Assembly (NCBI GenBank): GCA_051294905.1
Contig: CM119371.1
Coordinates: 21,702,001 to 21,766,000, forward strand
DNA: 64,000 nucleotides
Source: Botryllus schlosseri
Taxonomy: Eukaryota
Direction of reading: 5' to 3'
Under the pieces are notes generated by a model, which made no database searches, had not been told where the DNA came from, and saw only the letters and a program-made list of their open reading frames with translations. Each line of letters starts with the position of its first letter. Positions within the stretch are counted from its first letter, which is position 1. Positions 1-13,677 of the stretch are shown piece by piece. Position numbers and translations under genes: made by a program.

Positions 1-188
1 GAAACAATGACTTCTTGTGACTGCGTATTCGCTTCAAAGTAAACCAATTTCCGTTCCGCTTCAGTGTATACAGCCTATGGTTTTATTCCACGCAACAACA
101 TTCAAAAGTAGGCTTTATGGGCCGCAAGCCGCGGAGTATAGCATCGCGGGCCGCATTTGGCCCGCTGGTCGCACTTTGCCCAGGTCTG
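1..188. mobile_element. Right end of a non-autonomous hAT (Charlie/Buster-like) element, cut by the window edge
   Basis: GCGGGCCGC/GGCCCGC subterminal motifs ending in ...TTTGCCCAGGTCTG, followed by CTCTAGAG (nnnTAnnn-type target). Confidence 0.5.
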
Positions 189-331
189 CTCTAGAGCTTA
201 GAGGGCATATGATACTAAAGGATGAATATACCTGTCAATCGGGCAACCGGGCCAGAATTAGTCAATATGTCCTTAAGTGCTATAGGCAGGAATAAGCTAT
301 AATGCGTGTATATGAGTCATACCATCTAATA

Positions 332-1412
332 CAGTGGTCGGGAACCTATGGCTCGCGAGCCATATATGGCTCTTTTGGGTAAAGATATGGCTCTTTGCCA
401 AAATTCATTTTTGTACTGAATTGATCAATATTGCAGCGACTTGTTGGTAAATATTCATCACGGCTAGAATAATTATTCTCGTGGCAGTATAACCATGTCT
501 TTGAAAGGTAAAGACAATGCCGTCTTCAGGTTTAGGGGCTCGGCTCGGACCCCTTCTTTTCAAAATCATCAAATTTAAGTTACTGCCACGCTGGCGGCCA
601 ATATCACTCGCGAATTCTATGTACTCGACTCGGAATTTTGAATTGTGCGATACGTTGATTAATCAAAGAGCATATTAAGCAGACATGGCGACACCCATTT
701 CAAAACGCAGTTTTCAAATACACATTGTCTTCCTGATCTACGGCGCAAAATGAACTGTTGTGGATGTGAAATTCACAATTACAAACTCGAATTACAAACA
801 ACGCCATAGCATCCACGTTCTTGATTGGTAAGTTTAGCTCTGTGTAGTACCGGCGATAAAATGTATTGGTGTAGCGTAACGTTATATTACCGCCGAATAC
901 TTTGATAACTGAGAAGTCGATTAGTACCGTATTTAGATTTTCGGAATCAGTGTGACAGTCACATTCGATTGATATCGGTTATAATAAATTCTTACGATGA
1001 ATTGCATTATCAATGTTGAGGCTTGGCCCGTCTGTGCTTTACCACTCGTTTCGAGCTTGATTTTCGAACAATAAATACCAGTTTTTACAGAGAAAATATG
1101 GCGCACACGAAGAATTCCAATATACAATTGAATAGTATTTTCATATCGAAATAAACCCGAATATTTTCGGCTGACACTCGTCAGGTTTCGAGTTTATTTC
1201 AATATGAATATACTATTCAATTGTATATTGAAGTTCTGTACATCCAAGAAGCTCTATGAAGAATTCCATGTAGTGAGTTCGAATTAGTGCTAGACGTCAT
1301 GAATTTTCAATTGTGACGTAACGGTTGATTGACATGTATGGCTCTTTGGGAGTTGAGATGGAAAAAATAGGGCCAATATGGCTCTTCGGACAAAAAAGGT
1401 TCCCGACCACTG
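332..1412. mobile_element. Non-autonomous hAT element
   Basis: TIRs CAGTGGTCGGGAACC / GGTTCCCGACCACTG; perfect 8-bp TSD ATCTAATA (324-331, 1413-1420); second copy at 46675-47555. Confidence 0.9.
1120..1257. mobile_element. Short Penelope-like pLTR remnant (family A) with an inverted segment, inserted in the hAT element
   Basis: Matches 49603-49695; forms a hairpin (about 1119-1160 against 1187-1230); flanking duplication GAAGAATTCCA (1109-1119, 1258-1268); absent from the sister hAT copy near 47390. Confidence 0.8.
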
Positions 1413-3809
1413 ATCTAATACAAGAAAATTCACTGTCAACCCACGGAGACCTAGAGAGAACTCTGTTTTTTAGAAATTTTTGTACATCATATGAAATCAT
1501 CATTTCAGTCAATAATCTGATTCTTGCGGGGTCGGGCTACATAATATGATACTACAAACTACCCACTAAATGACGGACCTGCCGGGGCTCATGCCTCATT
1601 ATAACAGCAAACAGACTGCGGGGCGCATAACATTATCACCATGTATTTGTTGGAAATATTAAATACACTGTATTCACCAGTCGTATACGGACGTTTATTA
1701 CGTGCCTTGCATTCTAAAGCACTAGTGAACAGCGTTCATAAGTTTGCAGTTACTGTTTTCTGTGTGAATTTAGTCATCTTCCAGTGGCACAAGTCAGCAT
1801 TGTCAAGTTAATGTTTTGGGCGGGCCCCCGGAAAAAGCTCCGCATTGCAGAAAAACTGTCCCCGCACACATTTGTGCTGAATTTCCTCTGCAACTGTGTC
1901 CACTCTGAGAAAATTCAGTCAGATTATTCGATATGCAATATCTGTTTGCGAGTCGGTGGACCAATGCTATAAGGCGAGAGTAGCCTATACGACTGACACA
2001 ACTGTTACTGATTTCATATTGCAACCTCGTCGTATGAGTTATTGTTCAAACAAGATCAAGAACATAACACCCGTCAAGGTTAAATCAAATACCTGTAGCT
2101 TCACTATTTGTCAGGTGAGTTGTCATTGTTGCTTGATTCTGGATCAGCGAATTAACACACTCTTTTGCGAAATTCCATCTTCTCTAACTGACTTTTTGGC
2201 TTCAGCGATATTCCAAGCGATTTTGAACGATGCCTCTGTAATATTATTGCCTCGAAATATGGATTGCTGTGCTTGTCACTGGCAATGTTTTTGCCTAAGA
2301 TCAGGTGGTCCAGGTGGATATTTATTTTTGAAACTCCAGATGAAACTGTCAGTGGTGTCGTTTTAAACTTAAAATAACTGCGAAAGCACAGTTATTGTTG
2401 ATTGTTTCAAGAAGAATTGAAACCCAGATTTCATCAGTAATTCCCCTTTCCGTTTCGCGATCTGCTCAAGCCAGTCACTGCGAGTCGTGAGGGTAACCCT
2501 CAAATAATGAGTTATCAATCAAACGAAACAGAGATGGTACGATGAAAGAGCTAGGTAGCGAAATTAATATGTAGCAATACCATACCAATGAAAATTTCTT
2601 TCGTGACGAAAGATGCTGCAGGTCGTAACATAACCGTCTGCGGGCCGCGTGCTGAGAACCCCTGTGTTAAGGTATGTCATGTTTAAGAGCCGGGTATGAC
2701 TATCTAATGTGCGTTGCAGAACATTGTGTTTGCAGAGGTATCGGTGTTTAGTAACTTATGAAATCATCCAAAGAGGATATAAATCGAATGAGCCAAGGCA
2801 AAGAAACATAAAATTTTACAACCTCTATTATTTCTACCTACGCCCTTATTCATAACGGTCTATTGACAATTATGCATTTGTTCAGGTATGTTATGCTGAC
2901 AAACAGGGTGTGACGACTCAACGAGACACCGTGATTGTTTTTCCACCTATTAAGTTTTTATGATGGAGAACTGCAGTGGCGCCCCCTATATTATGTCCTA
3001 CTAAAGATTACCGTTGGGTGATTCAAGTCTTATCGGTCTTGCCAACTTTGGACTTGGCTATTGAAAATATTTCGCGCTTCAATCCGGCCAATAAACGACT
3101 CGATTCACAACGCCTATATACTGTGTTCAGGGTCAAACTATATTTGCTTTGGCAACTTTCGGCTATGGGCTCATAACTACCGGGTTCGAACCTACCTGAT
3201 TCGGCCTGTGCGAGTGGGAATAGGTGAAGTTGTTCTGGTATTGTTTTATTGCTTTGAGTGTCTAATTAATCAACTCGCCGGAGAAATCATGTCGGTAGCG
3301 CGTGGATAAAATGGGACTTGGACGAACTGTCGGTTGGGAAAAACTATCTACTAGCTTCGCCGACATTCCCCGCATTACTATATTGAATATCAGCTGTAAG
3401 AATTACCAATGAAACAGGGTAGGTTTTAAAGCTCAAGGCACGTCAATAATCGTGTTTATTCAATATTTGAGTAATGAAATTTTTCAAAGTATAACTTGGC
3501 TTGACAGTCAGGCGATAGCAATGCCAGTCCAATGCTGTTAATTGCTGCTTTTTAATGTCAAGTCTTAGCACCGACTTTCTATGCGTCCAGACAGGTATTT
3601 CGCTACTAACTCGATACGTAAATTAAAAGACATAGGCTACGTACAGACAGCTTGATTTCCATTTCCAATCTACTATAAACGTTATCAATCCATTGTAATT
3701 GTCAATATACTTGACATTTACTCTGTCCAGTGCATATGCGGGCTCTAAACTAATCCAGTTTTTGTCGTAGTGCATTTCACAATGTAATTCGAATCTATGT
3801 TTCTATCTA

Positions 3810-4230
3810 TGTGTCCGGTACCAAGCGCATTAGTTTGACAAACATGTCTCTCGGAAACGGCGGGCGTCGTAAAGTGTCACCGTATGATATCAGAGCGCAG
3901 ATTTGTATTGTCTCTTCTACTGGGAGGTTGATAAACAGACTTGAGATGCTGTAAGACCGCGTGAAAATTTTAGCAGGATCTAGGTTGGAACTATTGATGG
4001 TATCAGTAAATATGAAAGAACCAAGAACGAAATTGCTAATAATATGGCGAATGCATGGTTTGAGAAAACATGTAATCCAGTTAGTGAGTTGAGAATGCGC
4101 CATATCAGCCATTCAGAGTATTTGACGCAGAGATACATCGACTTTACTGTTAATTGGCATTGGTTAATTCGACAAAACAAATTACCAAGGGCGTTTCATT
4201 CTCATATGTTATGTATTGCTTGAAATCAGT
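3810..4230 (-). mobile_element. Degenerate Penelope-like reverse transcriptase fragment
   Basis: Translation SFIFTDTI...SYSISSLFINLPVEETIQIC...PPFPRDMFVKLMRL resembles the PLE RT region S(F/Y)DxxSLFTNVPxxETI. Confidence 0.7.
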
Positions 4231-4654
4231 GACCGGGTGTCCTATATGGCAACCGGGGCTAGAATTCTGTTCCGTTTACCATTTATGGACGTACAGAGAC
4301 TAGCACATAGCGAAATTACGGCAAAAATCGCTTCACCTGCTGCGTTTGCTCCTGTAATTGCCTAACCGGTGCATACATAGCCCGTGCCGCCGTAGCCTTC
4401 GTAACAAGCTTTACGTTACTATTCTCTAAAAGCTGCTCAAAATGAAGAGACGTCGTTTACTCTCTATATTCATCTTATGCGGCCATATGTATTTGTATAT
4501 CTGTACTCTGTTACAATACCATGTGCTGAGTCGACCGTCTATGACTATTTTGACAATGTTTCGCACTATGCTGCGTCTTAAAAGTTGGTATATCATGTTG
4601 TAATGCTGCTTAACACTACCTCAAGGTGCATGCTTTTCACGCAAGAATTGGGGA

Positions 4655-5600
4655 AGTTTGTTTGTTTTGTTTGTTTTTTTCGCACAACTTTGGCGCTTAT
4701 CGCCTATAAGGTCATTTGCGCCCAGTACATCAATTTCAGTAATTTCAACGGTCTTTTACGGTATTTTTCGTCAGATTACGGACGACTTCCATGCACGCGC
4801 TCTTCCACCATCAGTCTCTCTCGATTTTCGTGCGCCCGCAACTTAGTCTTTTTGATGCCATCTTTCGGGAGTTCGGCTCTCTCTTTCTCTGGGCTTTTCA
4901 AGGCGCTGTATATACAGCGGGATCGGCGACGAGGAGCCCAGATAAATTGGGGAAGTAATTTCGCTGAGGAATTCGAGTGTAAGCTGATCCATCGTATATC
5001 GCAAACAGATTTGACTCAAAAGTCGGTATTAGTCTTTATTGATTTTAACAATGTTCCATTACGAGATCAGACATGAGATTTTGCACGCTATGTTTTGTCG
5101 AATGTTGTATCAAGTTCCAAGTCCTATACTGAATTATTTCGGTAGTCTTTCGTGTTCAACGTCCAGTGTGAGTTGATCCGTCATATTTCGCAAACAATGT
5201 TTCGTACCGAAATCGGTCATAAGTAGGACGATATTTTTCACCGAAAAACGGAAGATTTTGAGCGAGGAAATGAACATTTTGACATTTTTTACCTTAAAAA
5301 AAAACAACTTTTGACGGAACTTCGTCCTCGTGTATGTAAATTTAGGTGTTTATGCACATTACATATTAGAATAGTACTACGGATCTCAATTTCTGGTTGG
5401 AACTGACTGCCCTTACGAAGTAGTTTGGACTGAAAAAAACTTTTTGGATTGAAACACTGACAAATTTTCACATGAAAAAACTTCAGTTCGACGAAATATG
5501 GATCTATGAACAATTACACCGTTACATCATGCATTATGGTAGAAATATTTAAGATTTGTTTTTGTACAACGAAAGATACTTTCCTACATTCCCGGGTGGA
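4655..5600. repeat. Unclassified interspersed repeat (probable DNA-transposon derivative)
   Basis: 4655-4945 resembles 62085-62455 and the reverse complement of 58450-58690; 5290-5600 resembles the reverse complement of 60560-60900. Confidence 0.6.
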
Positions 5601-6348
5601 AAGTGTCCGTTATTACGAAGTAGCTTTTCAATAATGGAGAACGAACGTTCAACAGCGCCAGTTGTTTACTGGCAACACTGAAGTCGTACGTACACTGCTG
5701 GTGATACAGCGTGTTGCTTTATCCTGACAATGTTGTCTACATCACAAATTTTCATTACCAAGATAAAGGCTGATATTTCGAATGGTGTATCTTGATGATG
5801 TCTCGTTACTGTTTATCAAGTTTCTCGGTTTGCATTAAAATAATTAATCGTTAATATGATGTTCTCCAATATCAATCTTGCCTTAAATTAACATTACATT
5901 ACCATGTACATGAGACTACGCGCTTCCATTGGCCGTTTCAAGGATAACGTCTCGTATATTGTTCCTATTCTGAAACCGAATTTACGAGGCTGCTATCTTC
6001 TTTGGTCTTCAGAGACTATTCAAAATGATGTGCAGTATCCGATACGCCATGTCGATTGACAGTATGTGTTTCTGAGATATTTGACAGTGATTGTTTTTTA
6101 TATTTAGCATAGTGCGTGAACACGTCGAATTCACCAATGGCACATGAATTGTGCAATTAATTACAAATTGCTTGGCAGAGGGAATGTCATGTCTCGGATA
6201 CATGAAGCCCGAACGTCATTCAATATATTCGCATGCCGGCGCAATGAGCTTGTAGACGAGAATTTGCAATTGTGCATGTTCTCTAGGGTGGTTGAAGCTG
6301 TTAAATTTAAATAAATATGCATTATTCGTGAAGAAAAGAAATACGGGA

Positions 6349-6372
6349 CTCTCTCTCTCTCTCTCTCTCTCT
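6349..6372. repeat. (CT)12 microsatellite
   Basis: Direct reading. Confidence 0.95.
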
Positions 6373-6562
6373 ATAGAGGGTATCTTGCGATTAAACTGAT
6401 TCATTGGATAGGATTTTTCTCGAGTATCTGGACACTGCGACAGTATAAACGTGTAGCATACTCTCATGCCAACTCTCACGGCATACCGTTTGAAGTCGAA
6501 GAGCACTGCCTCGGCTTGACTCTTAGCTAAAATACCTACTTGAATACGATGGCGTCCCATTA

Positions 6563-7620
6563 CACAATGTAAAAAAAAATAAACACTTTCTTTTTGTTCC
6601 CAGTTTCTAATCAATTTTTCCCTATTGCTTAGGACCAGTAAGTGTCAAAAATCAACTTTAGTCCATATAAACTTTGCTTTTGTGGTTTAGAGAATGAAAT
6701 TCCAAAATCCCACTATTTTGAGAAAAGAAATAAAAAATATGGCTAAAGAGCATCCAAGATGAATGTTAATCACTTATAAATGTTAATATACTCTGCAACA
6801 TTTGCCATTTTATAGGTATTTCTGTTTGCAGGGTTGATTTTTGAGCTTTTATGATTTGCAATTGATAATTTATTTGATATTTTTAAATATATCTCGGAAG
6901 TTCTTGCGGACTTACAAATGGCAGCGTTTTTGATGGGTATGCAAGGAGGGGCTCACCAAGTATCCTTAGCACCTTTGCTTTTGGGATAGTAGGGCTACCA
7001 CAGAACACTACAAAAAGCAAATATGGCCAGAACGAATCGAATTTTTTGTTGGAGAGAAAAACGTAAAGCAAGCGCGGTAAATTAATCCAAACAAAGTGCT
7101 TATGCCTCCTCTTCACATAAAACTTGTCCTTATAAGCAATTTGTGAAAGCATAGGATAAAGATGGTGACGTATTCCAGTTTATCCAGAACTTGTTTCCTC
7201 AACTATCATAAGCTAAAGTAGAAGTGGATGTATTTATTGGCCCACAAATTAAAAATATTCTCAAGTCGAATGATTTTATCCAAATGCTTAGTGATGTTGA
7301 AAAGAAGGCTTGGGATAGCTTTGCAGATGTGGTGGAGGGGTTCCTGGGCAATAACAAGGAAGATAACTATGTCGAACTCGTTACCAATTTGTTAAAGTCG
7401 TGTGAAAACACGGGGTGCAGAATGTTGCTCACTTGGACGAGTTCAAAGATAATATGGGAGCTTATTTAGAAGAACAAGGGGAGCGATTGCATCAAGACGT
7501 AAAATATTTTGAGATGAGATACCTAGGGAAATAGGATGAAAGCATGATGTCAGATTATGTCTGCGCCTTAATGCGGAAAAGTAGAGATGTTGAGTATGAA
7601 AGAAAATCCAGTAAAAAAAT
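6563..7620 (+). mobile_element. Chapaev3-like (CMC) DNA transposon remnant with broken transposase
   Basis: Motifs PPLHIKL..KQFVKA, FIGPQI, AWDSF..VVEGFLGN, GCRM, EQGERLHQD with stops and frameshifts (7080-7560); CAC-starting left end after TTA; right end not identified. Confidence 0.65.
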
Positions 7621-8041
7621 CCCATTTTTATTAATTTTATACTCGAACTGTTTTAGCATGAAATATTTATTTAGTTTTGCATTTAACGATGGTATTGATT
7701 CGGATACAGTTTAGACATTTATGTGCAAATTTCCATGTACCAAATGCCTGTGCTTTGTGATTTTATTCTAGTAACAAAAGCTCTAATTCGTTGCCTATTA
7801 TTATGCAAAGTCAGATTTAACCCTTTGCCAAACAGAAGAATAGCCAAAAGTTGGTTCTAATTTGCTTTGCGAAAAAGCAATCGATAGCCTACGATTAACG
7901 AGTCAGAATATTTAGTAAATACATTTAGAGAATATATTTTCTTGGTCGATGCCAAGCGATTACAAATGGACTTACAGCGACAGTTTGGTAAATATCCATT
8001 TCCTATTGTTTAATCCAACATAATAATTTTATCACGTAGAC

Positions 8042-8723
8042 CAGGGCTGGCCAACCTTTTCAGCCAAAGGGCCACATTTGATCGACGATATATTGCGCGG
8101 GCCACTAGCCGCGCGAAGCGCGAAAATTTTTCGACGTTCATAGCTCAATAATATTGTCACTTGACTATATTGCGGGCCTGCAGTATATCGCTGGGATCAG
8201 TTTGCCAGGACTGAACTATTCAGCGCCTGGACATATCAATTTCGAAAGCTTCGACCAACATGCGCCAATCGTTTTGTGTCTAAGCTAGGTCGCATGACAC
8301 TTTGTCTCGTAACCGAGAATATAGTTAGACTCAATCTGATACATTAAGCGTTCTTTCATCTTAGCCAAGGGGTAACAATATTAAAAGCAAGAAATCGAGT
8401 GACCACATGTTGCGCGAAGCGTGTAGAAAATATTTACTTTTGATAAATTTATCGCAAATTATTCTGCTTTATTGTGGTGTATACGAAGATCTACCAAAGT
8501 GTGACTGGCTCATGGAAATGCTAATGCGTTGTAACTGATATTTTAGTCATAACATCTCAAGTGTTGCTTTCAGACTAATCAAATTTTTGGTTGGCCTTGC
8601 AAGTTCACAATCTGTTCAATTCATTTTTTATAACATTACCAATTTCGGAAATTACCTCGCGGGCCACTCAAAACCTTCTCGTGGGCCACATGTGGCCCGC
8701 GGGCCACGGGTTGGCCAGCCCTG
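8042..8723. mobile_element. Non-autonomous hAT element
   Basis: TIRs CAGGGCTGGCCAACC / GGTTGGCCAGCCCTG; TSD ACGTAGAC (8034-8041, 8724-8731). Confidence 0.92.
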
Positions 8724-9970
8724 ACGTAGACAGTGAAATTTCAAAGAAAAAATTGTTATTGAACAGCCCTACTGAGCAGTCAACACAATGACTTGGGCTC
8801 AAACTCGAGTCATAATACCATGCCTCGGACTCGACCCTGACGACCGCTGACGTGAGCTCGGAGTTGACTCGGTGGTAAATTGTAAATGACTCGACTTGAC
8901 TCGAGTAAAAATAATAAAAGTGAGATTGTGAGTTGTTACTCGGATTCTTGTGACTGGGTTACAACCCTGAACACCGTCAATGCATTTCTATTATTTGTTT
9001 GACACAGACCTGTGCGACTGTATACAGGTTCAAATATGTATGCTTGCGAGTGTTGGTGAGCAATTTAGTGACAATCTATTTGTAATTTCAAACTCACGTC
9101 GCAGGACTACAGAATTCGTACGCCATGGCAAGATATAAAACTACAAAAAAATGATACGAATGTCAGTAATGATATAAACTTATCGACCGTTGGTTAACGG
9201 TTATGCATCGGCCCATTTTTAATTTTAAATACAGGTCCAGATATGGTTATAAGACAATATATTGATATGGGACGATTCAAACACAGTCAGCGTCGCCTGA
9301 TCCGGACATCGGATATAATTCGCACCAACGCTTTATTCGGTCAAAATTATCAAGGAACTGAACAATAGTAAAAATCGGATGATAAATAACGTTGGGCAAT
9401 AAAAACAAGCGACCACTTGTTTCGGACACCGGCTCACAATACTTATCCTTAGTTTAAGGCACAATAAAAGAGTACTTCGTTCGTTGTAACAGAAGACACG
9501 TGATTATTGTCGAACAACAACGACAAATGTTATGCCAGCTTCATAGTCTATTTAGTTGAGTACCAATGTTTGCATCTTATGGAACAGATTGACACAGAAA
9601 AGTTTAGCAGAAAAACTGAAATCGCTCACTAAATAAACGAAGACAAAGGTAATGACGCTTTCTTCACAGTTCGTCGTCGTTGGTGGGGATTTAAAAATGT
9701 ACTATTTTAGCCCAATATGCGTGTGTTGGCGCAATAATAAATTTTGCAGTACATGTTGAATGTTGTGATGTCGGAAATACCTTACAATGCAACTAACCTG
9801 AAGGTATAACGAATGCGCGTTCCATTGGATATTTGCAAATTACTGCAGTGTAGCGTAGCTGCCGTCCACTTATTACGCAACAGTACCGTACCTCGAATGC
9901 GTTATGTATCTCTAGACACGACCATGATGCAAGTAATTAGTTTTCCGCTCGGACCAAGCCGCTATTTCGC

Positions 9971-10793
9971 CAGCCGGATATTTGGATGAAAGTCGTTGAA
10001 AGACTCTTGCAACTTTTTTAGTGATTCTTCTCCGTGGGTCCATATCATAAATATATCATCGATATATCTGGTGTAGAATATTGGCCGCAATTTCTGGGTT
10101 CCCATAAAATCTTTTTCAAAATGATGCATAAAAATATTTGCATATTGTGGAACGAGTTTCGTGCCCATTGCAGTACCTTGAATTTATGAGAAAAATGTCG
10201 TTATTAAATTCGAAGGTGTTTTGCGTCAGCGTGAGTCTGAAGAGCTCCATGATGCTTTCTTTCATTGGATGACTACTTTCCTCCAGGGATCTTTCCACAG
10301 CTTTCATACCATCACTGTGTGGAATACTCGCGTATAGTGACGCAACTTCCATGGTAGCTAATATCGTGCCTGGTTTCAATTTCTTGTTCAGGAAATCTGT
10401 TGTGTCCCGGCAAAAATTTGGTGTGCTTTTCATCAATGGTTTGAGATGTCTTTCCACGTATCCGGATATTTTCTGTTAGCGTATTGTTGCACGAGACAAT
10501 GGGGTGTCCAGGAATAATGTTCGCCTTGTGTAGTTTCGGAAGCAGATAAAAGCGGCCGAGGCAAGGGTCAGAAGGCTTATTGATTTTCGATTTCTTATCT
10601 TCGCACATGTCTAAAGATTGAACAATGTCCATCAATTGCTTTTTGTGTTCTTTTGTTGGGTCATTTGCTATTTTTTTTGTATGAATCAGCGTCGTTAAGC
10701 TGCCTGTAGCCTTCTTTTAGGTAGTCTTCCAAATCCATAGCGACTGCTTTTCCTCCTCTATCTGCAGGCTTTATCACGATGTCATGGTCCTAG
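9971..10793 (-). mobile_element. Penelope-like (Neptune-type) RT fragment, frameshifted
   Basis: IVIKPADRGG, FYLLPKLHK, PGHPIVS, SLYASIPH, MGTK..PQYANIFM and YTRYIDDIF across three broken frames. Confidence 0.88.
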
Positions 10794-11046
10794 AGTAAAT
10801 GTTATCCAACTTGATTAGAGGGAACAGAAATCGTTCAAAATGTCACACGGCGATAATGCGGTATGTATGTAGTTTGGTAATATTGGTAGAAAACCAACTT
10901 GCTCTTTCAGCTGTTTACCTTATGAAAAGCATCAACCTTAATTACGGATCACATAATGTGTGTCCGCTTTCACACTAATGCTCTTATGCTCATGATCATT
11001 GGTCTTGCTTGCAACTTAGTCGACTATTGCACATTTATCATTTCAG

Positions 11047-11106
11047 ACAATTGTCGAAGTTCTGTCAGCAGAAGCATTTGAAGACTTCAAAAAATCTCTT
11101 AAAAAG
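11047..11106 (+). CDS. Candidate 60-nt phase-0 exon (copy 1), TIVEVLSAEAFEDFKKSLKK, unknown gene
   Basis: TTTCAG acceptor, AAG|GTAAGT donor, open frame; paralogous to 16812-16871. Confidence 0.5.
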
Positions 11107-13002
11107 GTAAGTCGATTCTCATTGGCCCACCTCATTTGGCCCGCAATGAAAAACAATTACCCACCTCTCGTCCAATCAACTCTTGCATGCTATTTTACCA
11201 CTGTTTCCCAACCGGTGGAGGATTCAAGGTTTTATGGTGGGTAACAAACGAACACACAAAGTAAATTCATCCAGAATTATATAAATATATACGAGGTCAT
11301 AACACCACGATTGCAGTTACCAGTTCACTGCTCTGAACTGCATGTGTCGCCAATTCTAAGGCGTGTAATTCACAAAAACTAATTTTGAATTCTCAATAAC
11401 CTATATCGGAATTAAAAACACGTTTAACAAGAGCAGCATGACGTACAATAAAGCTTCTGCCGAATTACGTGGGATACCGGTACACATGAAGTTTTATGTT
11501 ACAGTAAAAAAACATTGTTTCGGTTTCCTTTCATACATCCCAGGTATATTAGATGTACTGAAATGAACAAGTAACTTGTCCGTGACATTCGGCATATTGC
11601 TCCAAAGTTAGAGAAATGATGGACAACTCCCACGATAACTGTTTTTTTTTTCACTGGTCGTCACTATCAATCCCGGTTTTTCTTAATATGTACCAATCGA
11701 AAGTCCTTACGAAACAAAGTCTTTCAATTTTTCATTGAATGACCATTTTCAAGGGTTGGATGGATGGATTTTTTGTAGTTGGAAATGAAAACAAGAAAAC
11801 ATTCAGAGATGTTGCATGAAGGAAAAGGGTTGGGAACCACTGTATTATCCGGTTGAATATTTATTTCCCCGAAGCCCAAACCAACCACTACCGCCTACCT
11901 AGTCACAATACCGCGAGAAACACGAATATGCAAATGTCTCTTGACAAAGGAAAAAAATGAAATTTAATATTTCGTTAAGTCTGCATCATCCTCTGTTTCG
12001 AGCCAGACATTTCGATTGACTTATTTTCTGTTTCGGCGTTATATTGGATATGTGCAAATTAGTGCAGTGTCGCGTAGCTTCCATCAACTTATTACGCAAC
12101 AGTACCTTATCTCGAATGCGTTATGTATCTCTAGACACGACCATGATGCAAGCAATTAGTTTTCCGCTCGGACCAAGCCGTTATTCCGCTTAGTTCAGCC
12201 CAACAATGTGAGACTAGACAAAGTGTCTGAACGAAGCGGAGTCTACTGTACTGCAAATTGTTAGCATGTCAGAACAGATTAAAAGATCAAGCGTTGAATA
12301 TCATCATCGTGCCAGCATAAATATTACATGCTGACGTGTCTATATGTCATTTCATCGTGATACGATTTATTCGATTGCGTAAAATTTTGATCATTAAATC
12401 AAGGGATTACCTACACGTGTCCTCATCGAGAGAGAGATTTGTTTCTGGTAGGCCTACATTTCGTCGAATCTAATATCTTTCCACCATACCGGCAATCTTG
12501 ATGCGATGTCAAGAAATACAAGCATGCAGCAAAGGGGACTAATAGCAATTGGCCCAACCATAGGCACCAACTATTATTTCTGCTTGGGGTGGCGGCAGGC
12601 GTGTAGCCAGGGGGTATCGAAACCCCTCCTTTTGAAACGCATAACCCCGTCCTTTTGAAATGATCATTCAGTCGCCAATGTTCAGTTGTGAAGTCGTATT
12701 ATCAGTGATACGCGACCAAATGCAACACAACGCGATCTCCCGTTTAGATGATTGCGAAATTATGTCTTTGATTGCCGCGCGCTCGGCATTCGTCGCTGGA
12801 CTAAGCAGTAGGGCTCTTCAAAAAATGACTTTTTTCTCAAATCGTACTGGCTACTTGATAAAATTGTTAGGTTACCTAATTTAAACGTACACACAAAATT
12901 TGGTTCCTTTCCAGCCAGTAACCGCTTTGCTACAGGAGAAGAAAGTTTATATTTATTATATAAAAATTAGTACGGCTTTCAACAGTAAATTCATATTTAA
13001 TG

Positions 13003-13048
13003 ACTCGAAGAACTTTTCGCGTGCCTCTTATCAAGAGCAACCGGCACG
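13003..13048 (-). ncRNA. Minimal type I hammerhead ribozyme motif (U3-A8 variant) in inverted pLTR
   Basis: CGTGCC-GGTT-GCTC-TTGATAA-G-A-GGCACG-C-GAAA-AGTTCT-TC-GAGT on the minus strand. Confidence 0.65.
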
Positions 13049-13677
13049 ATAAAGGATACAAAACAGAGATGGATTCAAAACCAAATGGTGGGACGCACAT
13101 CCCAACGCTTGCTAGAACGAATCAAAGAGCATGTTCATAAGGGGATAAGATCGGCATCGCAGTCTCCTGATTCTGAAAATATCACCCAGCAATGTAAACA
13201 GAAACTCGCATCAAATCCCAATCGTACAGCCAAGTGTTGGCATGCAGTTCTTCAATTGGCCAGCATTTGATCGCCAACCCGTCTTGTGCCTCAAACTATT
13301 CAGACAACATGTTTTCAGTTTTATCCAAGGGTAGAACCATATTTCATTTAACAGCTTTGGAATCCACTTTCATCAAACTAAATAACCTGGTCCTTTGTCG
13401 CTAGAAAGAATTTTTGTATAATCTTAAAATCTCACACTAGTTGTTGTTGCTTAGCTGTTCGTCCGCATTCCGGTACAATTTTTTTTCTGTGTTGCTGCAT
13501 TGTCTCATTGTATTTGTATGTTATTCCTCACGGGCACTACTTCTTCAAGTTGATTGTTGCTATGTACGCCGCATTGTTGCTATGGTTGAATTTCCATTCA
13601 TGTTATTTATAAATTTTCATTATTGCGTCACAATTCACCGTTTGGTTTTGAATCCATTTCTGTTTTGTATCCTCTAT

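Larger units (their letters stand above)
9824..11583 (+). repeat. Tandem segmental duplication, copy 1 (internally deleted)
   Basis: 9824-9970 matches 12043-12189; 9971-10868 matches 14320-15229; 10867-11583 matches 16632-17345. Confidence 0.9.

Noticed and set aside
1155..1185. Active hammerhead on the minus strand
   Set aside because: The core is intact, but the inversion junction removes most of the 5' stem I strand and the pseudoknot strand
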